A stretch of DNA of 64,000 bases from Anaerolineae bacterium (GTDB taxonomy: Bacteria; Chloroflexota; Anaerolineae; B4-G1; SLSP01): contig DAOUBT010000004.1 in NCBI GenBank assembly GCA_034432595.1, positions 18,892-82,891 of the forward strand, written 5' to 3'. The position numbers and the translations under genes were made by a program. This document shows positions 50,643 through 59,919 of this stretch, in pieces (position 1 is the stretch's first letter; each line of letters starts with the position of its first letter). The notes under the pieces are model-generated. The model was not told the origin of the DNA. It saw nothing but the letters and a program-made list of their open reading frames with translations, and ran no database searches.

Positions 50643-52266
50643 GGTTCGTCACCTCGCCCGCGGCCTGCGCTTCACGCAGCGCCGCCAAAAGCTCGCCGAG
50701 ACGCGGCCCGGCGGGAATGCCCATGGCCATGAGATCGTGGCCGTTGAGCAGAGGCGTGGGCGCAACAAGCGCCTCTGCCCGTTCAAAGTACGCCTCACAC
50801 AAGGCGCGCGTCACATCGAGATGGGCCTGCCAGGAAGTCTTGTTGAGATGCGGCCCCCACACGCCCAGGGTATCGGCCAGTGAGAGCAGCACCACGCCCA
50901 TGCCCGCCTCGCCGGTCGTGCGGAAGAAGCGGTAGATGGTGCGCCGCGTCAGCGGCAGATGCCGCTCAAGCTCAATCAGGCGCATGTGATGACGCACCAG
51001 GTCGGCGATGAAGGTCTGTGCGTCCAGCGGGAAACGCAGCGCGCTCAAGCGCAGGCGCGTCAGCTCCGCGCCCTGTTCATCGTGGCCGTAGAAGTGCGTG
51101 CGCCCGGCTGCGTCCACGCTGCGCGTGAGGGCTTTGCCCACGTCGTGGAAGAGGAGGCCCCAGATCACGCCATCGGCGCGCGTCATGTCGCTGCTCAAAC
51201 GCTCCTGCAGGTAGGCGAGCAGCGCCGCCTGATAGGGGGCCAGGGTGCGTTCCAGCGCGCTCCAGGCGGCTTCCGGCACGTCGGCGGGCGGGGAAACGGG
51301 CCGGCCTTCGAGCCAGGCGAGCATCGCCTCCCAGGCCACGAGGACGGCGCGCGTGTGACGCCAGACGGTCGGCTGATAGTGCGGCGCGCTCTGTTGCACG
51401 CTATCCAGCGCCGCTATTTCCGGCAGGATGTAGGTCCAAAGGGTGGAGTCGCGCAGCAAATCCAACCCCGGCAGGACGGGACGGGCGCGTAAGGTACGGA
51501 GGAGCTCCTCCCGCACCCGTTCCGGCGCCGGATGGAGAATCTGCTCCGCGAGCGCGCGCATCTGCGCGGCGGTATCCTCATCCACCTTAAAATGCAGCTC
51601 TGCGACGATGCGCACGGCACGCAACATACGCAGGGGGTCGTCCACAAAACTCTGCGGGGAAACGCGCCGCACAACACCTGCTTGCAGGTCGTCGCGGCCC
51701 CCGTACAGGTCCGTGAAGGTTCCATCCATCGCCAGGGCCATGGCATTGATGGTGAAGTCGCGCAGGGCGAGATCGTCGGCGAGGGTCGCGCCGCGCAACG
51801 TGGCGAAGTCAATGGTGAGGACAGACGAGGCGAAGGCGTGCGTCACGACGCGGGCAATGCCGCGCTCCACGTCCAGCGGGACATAGCTGCCGCCGATGCG
51901 TTCGGCCAGGCTGCGCGCCACCGCACAGCCGTCATCGGCCACGACAAAGTCCCAGTCGTGAAGGGGACGGTTCAGGAGTAGATCGCGCACACAACCGCCC
52001 ACCAGCCACGCGCGTCCGGCGTGAAGGTGCGGCCAGATGTGTTCCATCAGCCAATCCGGCAGCGGCAGGTGCGGTGCGCCCGGCGTGATCCAATCCACGC
52101 GGATGCGCTCTTTGGGACGCAAGGCATGAGCCATGGCGCGCGCCGTCGCAGCGGTCTCCCCCACCCCGACGATGTCGCCACGGTCGTTACGGGCAAGCCA
52201 GCGCCCCGCATAGAGGTTCATGGTTGAATCCATCAATCCGTTTTCCTTTCCACCCTGCCGTGCCAT
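50602..52266 (-). CDS. cca: CCA-adding tRNA nucleotidyltransferase with HD domain (start uncertain; alternative ATG at 52233)
   Basis: Head-domain motif GGCVRDLLL...DWDF. HD motif LLFHDVGK. Confidence 0.8.
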   Translation of the reverse strand: MARQGGKENGLMDSTMNLYAGRWLARNDRGDIVGVGETAATARAMAHALRPKERIRVDWITPGAPHLPLPDWLMEHIWPHLHAGRAWLVGGCVRDLLLNRPLHDWDFVVADDGCAVARSLAERIGGSYVPLDVERGIARVVTHAFASSVLTIDFATLRGATLADDLALRDFTINAMALAMDGTFTDLYGGRDDLQAGVVRRVSPQSFVDDPLRMLRAVRIVAELHFKVDEDTAAQMRALAEQILHPAPERVREELLRTLRARPVLPGLDLLRDSTLWTYILPEIAALDSVQQSAPHYQPTVWRHTRAVLVAWEAMLAWLEGRPVSPPADVPEAAWSALERTLAPYQAALLAYLQERLSSDMTRADGVIWGLLFHDVGKALTRSVDAAGRTHFYGHDEQGAELTRLRLSALRFPLDAQTFIADLVRHHMRLIELERHLPLTRRTIYRFFRTTGEAGMGVVLLSLADTLGVWGPHLNKTSWQAHLDVTRALCEAYFERAEALVAPTPLLNGHDLMAMGIPAGPRLGELLAALREAQAAGEVTNREQAEAYVRALVA

Positions 52267-52280
52267 GCGCCCTATAACAA

Positions 52281-52309
52281 CTGTGCGGCGCGTCCCCCGC
52301 GCCGCACAG
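52281..52309 (-). terminator. Perfect 12-bp-stem hairpin between efp and cca, followed on the minus strand by UUGUUAU
   Basis: ctgtgcggcgcg-tcccc-cgcgccgcacag. Confidence 0.4.
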
Positions 52310-52330
52310 CATAGCGTGAACTAAAGGCGC

Positions 52331-52888
52331 TTAGACGCGGGTGCTGTATTCTCCAGTGCGCGTATCCACGCGGATAACGTTGCCCACTTCCACAAACAGC
52401 GGGACCTGCACGCGCAGGCCGGTCTCGCACGTGACCCATTTGTTGGCGCCGGTCGCGGTATCGCCCGCCACGGCCACCTCGGACTCGACGACTTTCAGTT
52501 CTACGGCCGCCGGCAGTTCGATATCCAGCGGTTCGTTTTCCAGTTTGACCACGTACACTTCCAGCCCCTCTTTGAGGTAACCACCGCGGTCACCGACGAG
52601 GTCCGCACTGACGGCGATTTGTTCGTAAGTCTCGGAATCCATAAAGTAGTAGGCTTCCCCATCCCCGTAGAGGAAGGTGGCCTGCCGCCGTTCGACCGGA
52701 GCTTCCTCGAAGCGTTCGCCGGAAAGGAAGTTGCGCGGGACAATGGCGCCGGTGCGCAGGTTGCGAATCTTGGTGCGGATGATGGCGTTACCACGCCCCG
52801 GCTTATAGTGCTGATATTCCAGAACCTGATAGATTTCTCCATCCAGGATGAAAGTTGTGCCTTTACGCAGATCCGTTGCGTCTAACAT
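52331..52888 (-). CDS. efp: Elongation factor P
   Basis: GAGGAGG ribosome-binding site. MLDATDLRKGTTFILDGEIYQVLEYQHYKPGRGNAIIRTKIRNL. Confidence 0.95.
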   Translation of the reverse strand: MLDATDLRKGTTFILDGEIYQVLEYQHYKPGRGNAIIRTKIRNLRTGAIVPRNFLSGERFEEAPVERRQATFLYGDGEAYYFMDSETYEQIAVSADLVGDRGGYLKEGLEVYVVKLENEPLDIELPAAVELKVVESEVAVAGDTATGANKWVTCETGLRVQVPLFVEVGNVIRVDTRTGEYSTRV

Positions 52889-53240
52889 TCATGCCTCCTC
52901 TTTTTAAATTCGCCGCATTCCACATTATATGCCGGGATGGGCTTTCGTCAAGGCAGAAACGTTGGTGTCCCGGCATCGGCCTGAGTTTCAAGAACGTGGT
53001 TCTCTTTTTGCACATTCTACGCTATACTGAAGGTAATCTTCAGTGTCTCGACGGGAAAGGTTAACCGCACAAGACAAACCGGCCTCTGCCGATTCAAACG
53101 ATAAGCTCAGGCTCGCCGATGGGATTTGCCGGCCACAAACCGGCGCATAGCGGATTGCCAACAAATGCCATCCGCTGCGTTAAAAGTAACTCTGACCAAC
53201 TACGCTCAGGCTCACCGGATTCGTCTTGAAAGGAGAAAGG

Positions 53241-53918
53241 ATGAATAGCAGCGAATTCATCATCTTGTTTATCACCACAGGCATCACCGTGGTGATGGTG
53301 GGAGTCATCGTGTACCTTTTCTATCAGCAGAAGAAGCGCCGCGAAGCCATCCGGGCTTTTGCCGATAGCTCCGGCTATACCTATAGCGAAGAAGAAGACG
53401 CGCTTGCCGAAGCCCTGTCGGCGCGCGGATTCACGCTTTTCCAACACGGACACGGTAAGCACGTCAGCAACGTGGTGCGCGCCAGACTTGAACGCAGCGA
53501 CGTGCTGCTGTTCGATTACCGTTACACTATCGGCGCGGGCAAGAATTCCCACACCTACCATCAAACCGTCCTGGTGTTTACCCATCCGGAAACGGCGCTG
53601 CCGCACTTCAGCCTCCGTCCCGAAAAGTTCTGGGACAAACTCGCCGATGCACTGGGCAGTAAGGATATCAACTTTCCCGAAGCGGAAGTTTTCTCCAAAC
53701 TGTACCGCCTCAACGGAGAGGATGAAGAGGCTGTACGCGCGCTTTTTGATGGGGAAAAACTGGACTACTTCACACAAAACCCCAATCTCTACATCGAGGC
53801 GGCGGGTGATACGTTCCTGTATTACCGGTTGAGCCGTCTGGTCAAAGTGGAAGAACTACCCGCCTTTATCGAGGCCGGGCTTGAGGTCTGGCGCATGTTT
53901 AAACAAGACGTGTGGTAA
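53241..53918 (+). CDS. Hypothetical membrane-anchored protein (single N-terminal TM helix)
   Basis: AAAGGAGAAAGG ribosome-binding site. TM helix FIILFITTGITVVMVGVIVYLF. No domain recognised. Confidence 0.5.
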   Translation: MNSSEFIILFITTGITVVMVGVIVYLFYQQKKRREAIRAFADSSGYTYSEEEDALAEALSARGFTLFQHGHGKHVSNVVRARLERSDVLLFDYRYTIGAGKNSHTYHQTVLVFTHPETALPHFSLRPEKFWDKLADALGSKDINFPEAEVFSKLYRLNGEDEEAVRALFDGEKLDYFTQNPNLYIEAAGDTFLYYRLSRLVKVEELPAFIEAGLEVWRMFKQDVW

Positions 53919-53920
53919 CG

Positions 53921-54110
53921 GCTCACCCTGTCTGGGTTACGATGCAATAGGCCCTTCAGGCGGGGGTGGGCTAAGGCAATACCTTCGCCCACCCCAGGCA
54001 TCCAAAAGGTGTTGAAAGCATCGGATACCCTATCCGGGCTGGCGGTTAGAATCGCGCCGGCACGATTTCAAGCGCTGTTCTGGTGCTGAAGGTAAGCACG
54101 ACGGTGGTAA
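53921..54110. repeat. Best-preserved copy of the dispersed intergenic repeat family (core CTAAGGCAATACCTTCGCCCACCCCAGGC)
   Basis: See the dispersed-repeat finding. Confidence 0.65.
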
Positions 54111-54113
54111 CTC

Positions 54114-54166
54114 AAAAGAAAAACAGCGCGCCGCGCCTCAAGCCTGCTTGAGGCGCGGTTTTTTTA
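54114..54166. terminator. Bidirectional intrinsic terminator (A-tract, 12-bp perfect stem, T7 tract)
   Basis: aaaagaaaaacagcgcg-CCGCGCCTCAAG-cctg-CTTGAGGCGCGG-ttttttt. Sits between convergent genes ending at 53918 (+) and 54217 (-). Confidence 0.8.
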
Positions 54167-54216
54167 TCTTTCCCCCTTGACGGATGTCCCGTAAGAAGCA
54201 AACACCTTCAGCTACG

Positions 54217-55323
54217 TCACGGCTGTTGCGCCCGTGCGTATACGCGATCGAACTCCGCCTTGTAAAGGGCAGCGACTTCCGGGCTGTGGATGATGACCAG
54301 ATTCTCGTCGTTGTTTTTAGCCGCGCCGCCGGTAAAGTTGAACGAGCCGGTGATAACAATCGCTTCATCAATGATGATGACCTTGTGATGCATCACATAA
54401 GGATTGCCGTCAGGCAGAATGTCAATACCGGCCTTTTGCAGGACCTCAAACTCGGAGCCGGAACCGGTGGCGTTACGCGCCTCCATCAGGCCGCGCACGG
54501 TTACGCCTTTACGGTGGCGTTTCACCATGGCTTGCGCGATGTCATCATCCGTAAAGGAGAAGGCCATAAAATACACGCTCTTTTGGGCGCCGCTCACCAG
54601 CTCCACGATGCGCGGGATAATGGCTTTATCCTCCGAGGCGAAGTAATTTTCTACTTTGATTCCACCTACCGTTACCTCTGGATATTTGACATTTTCGGGC
54701 GAGGTCGGACCGAATTTGCCATCCACGAACATTTCTTCAAATTCGGCGGTATAGTTAGCGGCCAATTGCGGGGAATCGAACACTACCGCATTGTTGTTGT
54801 TGCGGAACGTGCAGTTATTGGTATAGTTCCACGATCCCATCCACACTTGCTTACCGTCAATCACGGTAAATTTATTGTGCATGAACGGTTCACGCTCATC
54901 AAACACCACGGGCACACCAGCCTTTTGCAACTCGACCGGGCCATACTCCTCGGCGTAATCCGAATCCGTCACCACGCGCACGCGCACCCCCCGCTGATGG
55001 GCGCGGATAAGCGCCTTCGTCACGGATTCGAGATCGAGTTCAAACGCAGCCATATCCACCGACTTCTGCGCTCCGTCAATCGCCTCAACCAGGAAGCGGT
55101 CAATGGCCGGCGGGCGGTCTTCGGGATTATCGGGATAGCGCGGCTCGGTAAAGTAAACCCGCAACGCATTCCCTACCCCCGTCCCTGCGGGGGCCGTGAC
55201 GGGGGGCGCCTCCGTCGGCTCCTCCCCACCGCCCAGGAACTGCTGCGCCAGGAAACCCAGCACCAGCACCACCAGCACAATAATCACATCCCGTGTGGAA
55301 TACCGATAACGTTTTTGGCTCAT
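54217..55323 (-). CDS. Phospholipase D-family protein with two HKD motifs and an N-terminal TM anchor
   Basis: GAGGAG ribosome-binding site. HKD-1 HNKFTVIDGKQVWMGSWNYT. HKD-2 HHKVIIIDEAIVITGSFNFT. Confidence 0.8.
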   Translation of the reverse strand: MSQKRYRYSTRDVIIVLVVLVLGFLAQQFLGGGEEPTEAPPVTAPAGTGVGNALRVYFTEPRYPDNPEDRPPAIDRFLVEAIDGAQKSVDMAAFELDLESVTKALIRAHQRGVRVRVVTDSDYAEEYGPVELQKAGVPVVFDEREPFMHNKFTVIDGKQVWMGSWNYTNNCTFRNNNNAVVFDSPQLAANYTAEFEEMFVDGKFGPTSPENVKYPEVTVGGIKVENYFASEDKAIIPRIVELVSGAQKSVYFMAFSFTDDDIAQAMVKRHRKGVTVRGLMEARNATGSGSEFEVLQKAGIDILPDGNPYVMHHKVIIIDEAIVITGSFNFTGGAAKNNDENLVIIHSPEVAALYKAEFDRVYARAQQP

Positions 55324-55326
55324 AGG

Positions 55327-56202
55327 TCACTCCTCATATGATGGGGGAATCAACAAAGAGGGCAGTACCGCCTGCGGATCGGCAGCCTCGGCTGCGGTGC
55401 GCGCGATACGGCGCAGATGGCGACGCAGGGTCGCCCAACGTTTTTCCGCCCAGGCTTGCGGATCGGCCTGCGCGGGGAGAAGCGCGTCCCAACGCGCGAT
55501 TTCCGCCTCAGCCCAACGCAAGAGCTGCATAGCGGCCACATCCGTCAGGTCAGCCGTCAGGCCCTCGTCCTCGCTCAGACGCATCTGTAGCTCGCGCAAG
55601 ATTGGATGCATGGCTCTCACCTCCTGTGCCAGCGCCTGTAAAGCCGCCATCTGCGGCGGCGTGATGCGGATGAATGGGCGCACACGCCGGATTGTCGCCA
55701 GAGCCTCATCCAGCGTCATGCCCTGCTCCACCATGAGATAAGCCGCGGCCATCGTCGGTGCGCGCCCCACCCCACTCGCACAATGGATGTACACCCCGCG
55801 TCCCTGCTGCCGCTGCGCCGCGATAAAGGCGGCCCCACGGCGAAAATCCTCCGGCGTGGGGGGCGCGTCATCCGTTACGGGAAGATGCAAATAAGCGTCC
55901 AACGCCACACCCCGCGCCGCATCGTCGGCCTCGCGGCGCAGGTTGACGACGGCCGCAAGTCCCAGGGCGCGCATCCGTTTGAGACCGCGCTTGAAATGCT
56001 GCCCGCCGACGTACAGCCCCGGCTGCACTTCGGCGATACGCTGCGGCGAAAAGCCGTAGAGCTGCCGCCCGATCTTATCCCCAAGCCACAGGGCCGTCGT
56101 GCGCAGGCCCTGCGTGCGCAGGCGCGTCACGATGATGTACGCCAGTTTGATGGGCGGAACACGATTCAGGCGCGTTTGTATCGCAAAAGTCTGTTCGTCC
56201 AA
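55327..56202 (-). CDS. Dual-specificity / tyrosine protein phosphatase (CX5R) with a C-terminal extension of about 130 aa; TTG start
   Basis: GGGAGG ribosome-binding site 5 nt upstream of TTG. P-loop HCASGVGRAPTM. 4-nt gap to the PLD gene. Confidence 0.7.
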   Translation of the reverse strand: MDEQTFAIQTRLNRVPPIKLAYIIVTRLRTQGLRTTALWLGDKIGRQLYGFSPQRIAEVQPGLYVGGQHFKRGLKRMRALGLAAVVNLRREADDAARGVALDAYLHLPVTDDAPPTPEDFRRGAAFIAAQRQQGRGVYIHCASGVGRAPTMAAAYLMVEQGMTLDEALATIRRVRPFIRITPPQMAALQALAQEVRAMHPILRELQMRLSEDEGLTADLTDVAAMQLLRWAEAEIARWDALLPAQADPQAWAEKRWATLRRHLRRIARTAAEAADPQAVLPSLLIPPSYEE

Positions 56203-56329
56203 CCCTACCTCCCATGATAAGCCAACTTAAGGTGGAACGGCTTATCGGCAGCACCACAACAGAGATTGAAATCGCCGCCAAGGCCTTTTCCTCAGGTCGC
56301 GATCGTGCCATGCGTAGATACCTGCAGGG

Positions 56330-56450
56330 TACCAGCCCGGATAGGGTATCCGAAGATTTCAACCCTCATGGGGTAGGCAAAGGCAATACCTTCGCCCTCC
56401 CCACCCCGCCTGAATGTTCTATTGCACTGTAACCCAGGCAAACTGAGCCG
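56330..56450. repeat. Copy of the dispersed intergenic repeat family (core GGCAAAGGCAATACCTTCGCCCTCCCCACCCC), with arms in the opposite orientation to copy 53921-54110
   Basis: See the dispersed-repeat finding. Confidence 0.6.
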
Positions 56451-56559
56451 TTACCTTAAGTTGATAAAGTCACTCAACTCCAGAGAACGCAAAATCTGCA
56501 GGGCAGAAACTTGAGCGATCACCTCCTCCGCTCGTCTCACGCCCCCACCCTATCCCACG

Positions 56560-58203
56560 TCAATCTTCCCCGTACAGCAAAGCGGCCGCATCCTGCGCAG
56601 CGCGTTGCGCGCTCTCCAGCATTCCGTAAAGCGAAGCATAATCGCGGGTGCGAATCACCACGGGCATCGGCACAGCGTGTCCCAGAATCAACGCCTGCTG
56701 CTTTGTATCCAGGCTGGCCAGCACCTCACGCAAAGCCGCGGCCCCGGCCACGCCGGTGAAGACGGCGCGGATGTCGTTCTCCTCATCCAGCAGGGCGGTG
56801 ATGCGCGTCCCAATCTGACTCATCACCTCCGGATCAATGCCGCTGGGACGCTGATCCACGATGAGCAGGGTCACGTTGTACTTGCGCATCTCGCGCGCAA
56901 TGGTGCCGAAAATCGTGTAGCGGGCGATGGCCGGGTCAAGGAACTTGTGCGCCTCCTCGATGGTGATGACCAATGGCTTGGGTTCCTGCCCGCGGTCGCC
57001 CAGGGCCGCCTCCTTGCGCTCCACGTAATTCCGATGGATGCGGCGCGTGATGTAATTGGCCACCAGGATGTAGGCTTCCAGCGCGTTGCCGTAGCGTCCA
57101 AATTCCAGCACCACGTTTTTGCCGCTGTTCAGGTAGTCCAGAATGCGCGCCACCGGATCGGTGCGGTTTTGTTCTACCAGGAAGTCAAAACGCCGCAGCA
57201 GAGAGAGCTTACGCTGCATGGCGCCCAACGTACCTTCGTGAATCTTATCCTCACTCACCAGCGTCTGAAGGGTCTCATCCGCGTTATCCTCGTCGAGCAG
57301 ACGCAGCAACCACTCGCGCCCCAGCTTCCGCTGCAACATGTAGAGCGCGTTGGTCTGCACATCCGTGAAGCCCAGCAGGGGCGCGAGCATCTCCACATCT
57401 TCCGGCTCGATCTGATCGAAACCGATGCGCACCTCGAAATCCACCTTGCTGTTGCGCCGCCGCGACGATTGCGGATCAAGCGTGAACACGCTGACACGCC
57501 CATCATGGAAGAGCTGCCGCAGGCCCTTGACCTCCTGCCGCGTCGTCTCCTCCTGACTCTTCCAGCCGTACTCGTTATGCATGTCGAAAACCAGATTCAC
57601 CGCCACCTGCTGCTGAATGATGCCGGCGAGCACCATGCGCGTGAGGAAGGTCTTGCCCGTACCGCTCTTGCCGAAAATGCCGCTTGAGCGCTCGACCAGG
57701 CGGCGCAAATCCAGGCTAACGCGCGTATCGGGCATTTCCAGGGGCGTGCCGATAAAGAAATGGCCAGGTTCTCTTTCATCGCCGAAGATTTGGGCCACTT
57801 CTTCCGGGGTAGCATCGAAAACCTGCGTGAAGTGCGCGGGCACGGTGCGGGCGGGACGGGCCACGCCGCCTTCCAGGACCAGCAGCGGTGTCACATGCAA
57901 GCGCGCATAAGTGAGCGTCCCATTGTAAGCGCGCGCCGCAAAACTATCCGGAGTTGCGGGAGGCATGTGCAGCACATCGGGATTGCGCGCCTCCAGCGCA
58001 ATATCGGTAATCATCCCGAAGAAACGCAAGTCTGTCTGCCCGCGGATGACAACGTAGCGCCCCACCGCCAGCCCCTCGACCAGACGATCCGGGGAAAGGC
58101 GCACCTCCAGCCCCTTGCTGAGGCTTCCTGCTACCACCACGCCTAACGGAGTTGTCTCATAGTGTGTCCGTGGAAACCAGGCGTCCAGTTCCGATTCAGC
58201 CAT
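56560..58203 (-). CDS. HerA/FtsK-like DUF87 ATPase (start taken at the ATG at 58203 with its GAGGAG ribosome-binding site; the ORF extends to a TTG at 58245)
   Basis: Walker A GIFGKSGTGKTFLT. Walker B VITIEEAHKF. Downstream segment TLLIVDQRPSGID. Confidence 0.75.
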   Translation of the reverse strand: MAESELDAWFPRTHYETTPLGVVVAGSLSKGLEVRLSPDRLVEGLAVGRYVVIRGQTDLRFFGMITDIALEARNPDVLHMPPATPDSFAARAYNGTLTYARLHVTPLLVLEGGVARPARTVPAHFTQVFDATPEEVAQIFGDEREPGHFFIGTPLEMPDTRVSLDLRRLVERSSGIFGKSGTGKTFLTRMVLAGIIQQQVAVNLVFDMHNEYGWKSQEETTRQEVKGLRQLFHDGRVSVFTLDPQSSRRRNSKVDFEVRIGFDQIEPEDVEMLAPLLGFTDVQTNALYMLQRKLGREWLLRLLDEDNADETLQTLVSEDKIHEGTLGAMQRKLSLLRRFDFLVEQNRTDPVARILDYLNSGKNVVLEFGRYGNALEAYILVANYITRRIHRNYVERKEAALGDRGQEPKPLVITIEEAHKFLDPAIARYTIFGTIAREMRKYNVTLLIVDQRPSGIDPEVMSQIGTRITALLDEENDIRAVFTGVAGAAALREVLASLDTKQQALILGHAVPMPVVIRTRDYASLYGMLESAQRAAQDAAALLYGED

Positions 58204-58223
58204 AAGCTCCTCTTCATGATTCA

Positions 58224-58607
58224 CTACAACAAGCGTGCCAGCCAATCCAGCACAAAGGCGAGCAAAAGCAACGCGGCAATCCCCACTAATGCGACCAGCA
58301 AAAACGTCCAGCCCTGCCGCAGCGCGGAATGCGTCTCGAAGCGCAACTCGGAGCGGAAACGCGCGCTGCGCATATCGCGCAAAAAATAAGTCAGCTCGCG
58401 CAACTTGGGGCTATCCCGATAGCCTGCGTCCCAATCCTCCAGCGCTGCCACGGTCATAGGCAGCGCTTCCAGGGCTTCCACGATAAGATGCGCCACGTCG
58501 CGATTGGATGTCCAGGCCAGGACCACCTCCTCCCCACCGTGACGTTCGCAGACCAGCCATTGCTCGTCCTCGGTCTCCCGCACAAGGTAACGTCCCCGGT
58601 ACTTCAT
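58224..58607 (-). CDS. Small protein with a C-terminal TM helix (127 aa); its ATG overlaps the upstream histidine kinase stop as ATGA
   Basis: GGGGGTGGAG ribosome-binding site. C-terminal WTFLLVALVGIAALLLLAFVL. Confidence 0.55.
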   Translation of the reverse strand: MKYRGRYLVRETEDEQWLVCERHGGEEVVLAWTSNRDVAHLIVEALEALPMTVAALEDWDAGYRDSPKLRELTYFLRDMRSARFRSELRFETHSALRQGWTFLLVALVGIAALLLLAFVLDWLARLL

Positions 58608-59656
58608 GCTCCACCCCCACTCTGTTGGGGCGCAGCGGGCAGGGAAAAGACCACGGTCGTTCCCCGTCCCACTTCACTTTCTACATGGATGTCGCCCTTC
58701 TGCGCCAGGACCGCCGCCCGGCAAAACGTGAGGCCCAGCCCGCTGCCGGTAGCCTGACCGGAGCGCCGCGCCTCCACCTGATAGAAGCGGTCGAACACGC
58801 GCGCCACCAGATGCGGCGGAATGCCCACCCCCTGATCCCGCACCTCGAAGCGGACCTTATCCGCCAAAGCCTGAACGCGCACCGTTACCGCGGTCTCTGG
58901 ACGACTGTATTTGATGGCATTCCCTACCAGGTTCAGCAGGATGCGGTTCAACAGGAATGCATCCGCCAGCACATAAACAGGCGCGTTCACCGGCTCCATC
59001 ACCAGGGTGATGTGCGACTGCTCCGCCCATAAACCCATTTGTTCGGTGATGCTGTGCAGCACGTCCGCCACCGCCAAAACCTGTGGCTCCACCTTGAGTT
59101 GTCCACTTTCCAGTTTGGCCAGGTCCAGCATGGAATTGGAAAGATGGACAAGGCGTTGCGCCGAGGTCTGACTCATCTCCACCAGACGACGCAACGCGGG
59201 GTCTTGCTGCACAGCCGGCTGCTCATGGAGAATATCCAGGCCAATCAGAATGTTGCCCAAAGGGGTGCGAAAGTCGTGCGCCACGAACTGAATCAACTCC
59301 TCGCGCATGGCCTGAGTCGTGCGCAGGTAGGTCAGCCCGTAAGCGACCAGTAATTCAACCCCAAGGTACAGGAAAGCTTTGTAGTAAGCCAACGGGGTGG
59401 CTTCACCCACACCCAACGTAAAACCCAGTCCCACCACATTGGCCCATATAGCCACCAACACCCCGGCCCAGAAATCGCATTTCAGAGTCGCCAGGGCCAC
59501 GGGCAGGAGGTACAACACCGACACATCAAGGCGCGTGTTGCTCAGATAGCCAAGCCCACCGATGAGCATCACCAACATCAGGCTCAAAGCCACCACGCGA
59601 TACTGTACATGAAACCGCGAAAACCATGCTTGCATTGATTTCATGGCATCACTCAC
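58604..59656 (-). CDS. Membrane sensor histidine kinase (small, multi-TM sensor)
   Basis: H-box VAHDFRTPLGNILIG. G-box GSGLGLTFCRAAVLAQKGDIHVESEVGRGT. Confidence 0.85.
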   Translation of the reverse strand: MSDAMKSMQAWFSRFHVQYRVVALSLMLVMLIGGLGYLSNTRLDVSVLYLLPVALATLKCDFWAGVLVAIWANVVGLGFTLGVGEATPLAYYKAFLYLGVELLVAYGLTYLRTTQAMREELIQFVAHDFRTPLGNILIGLDILHEQPAVQQDPALRRLVEMSQTSAQRLVHLSNSMLDLAKLESGQLKVEPQVLAVADVLHSITEQMGLWAEQSHITLVMEPVNAPVYVLADAFLLNRILLNLVGNAIKYSRPETAVTVRVQALADKVRFEVRDQGVGIPPHLVARVFDRFYQVEARRSGQATGSGLGLTFCRAAVLAQKGDIHVESEVGRGTTVVFSLPAAPQQSGGGA

Positions 59657-59689
59657 CTGTGGTTCATTATACCCGAAGTCCTATAATGG

Positions 59690-59880
59690 GGTAGCCCTTG
59701 AGGCCGCCAACGTTAAGGTGCCGATTCAAAAGGCGTCAACATGCGGTAGGCGCTGGCAAGGTCGGATACCTGTGCAGGCCAAAAGGGTGGGAGAAAGCAA
59801 TGCCTTCTCCCACCCCACAATGCTTTCGCCCGCCCCAATGCCCTCGCCCACCCGCATTGACAGGCTTTTGCAGTCGCGTC
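59690..59880. repeat. Copy of the dispersed intergenic repeat family, with two tandem core variants (GAGAAAGCAATGCCTTCTCCCACCCC and CAATGCCCTCGCCCACCC)
   Basis: See the dispersed-repeat finding. Confidence 0.6.
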
Positions 59881-59919
59881 ATTTCGTGCTAAACTGTAAG
59901 TATCTGAATTAAACGGAGG

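Noticed and set aside
56560-58607. HerA-like ATPase as part of a known anti-phage defence system (SIR2-HerA, DUF4297-HerA, NurA-HerA)
   Set aside because: There is no adjacent nuclease, SIR2 or DUF4297 gene. The neighbours are a histidine kinase and a small TM protein. It is reported only as an unusual operon, not as a recognised defence system.
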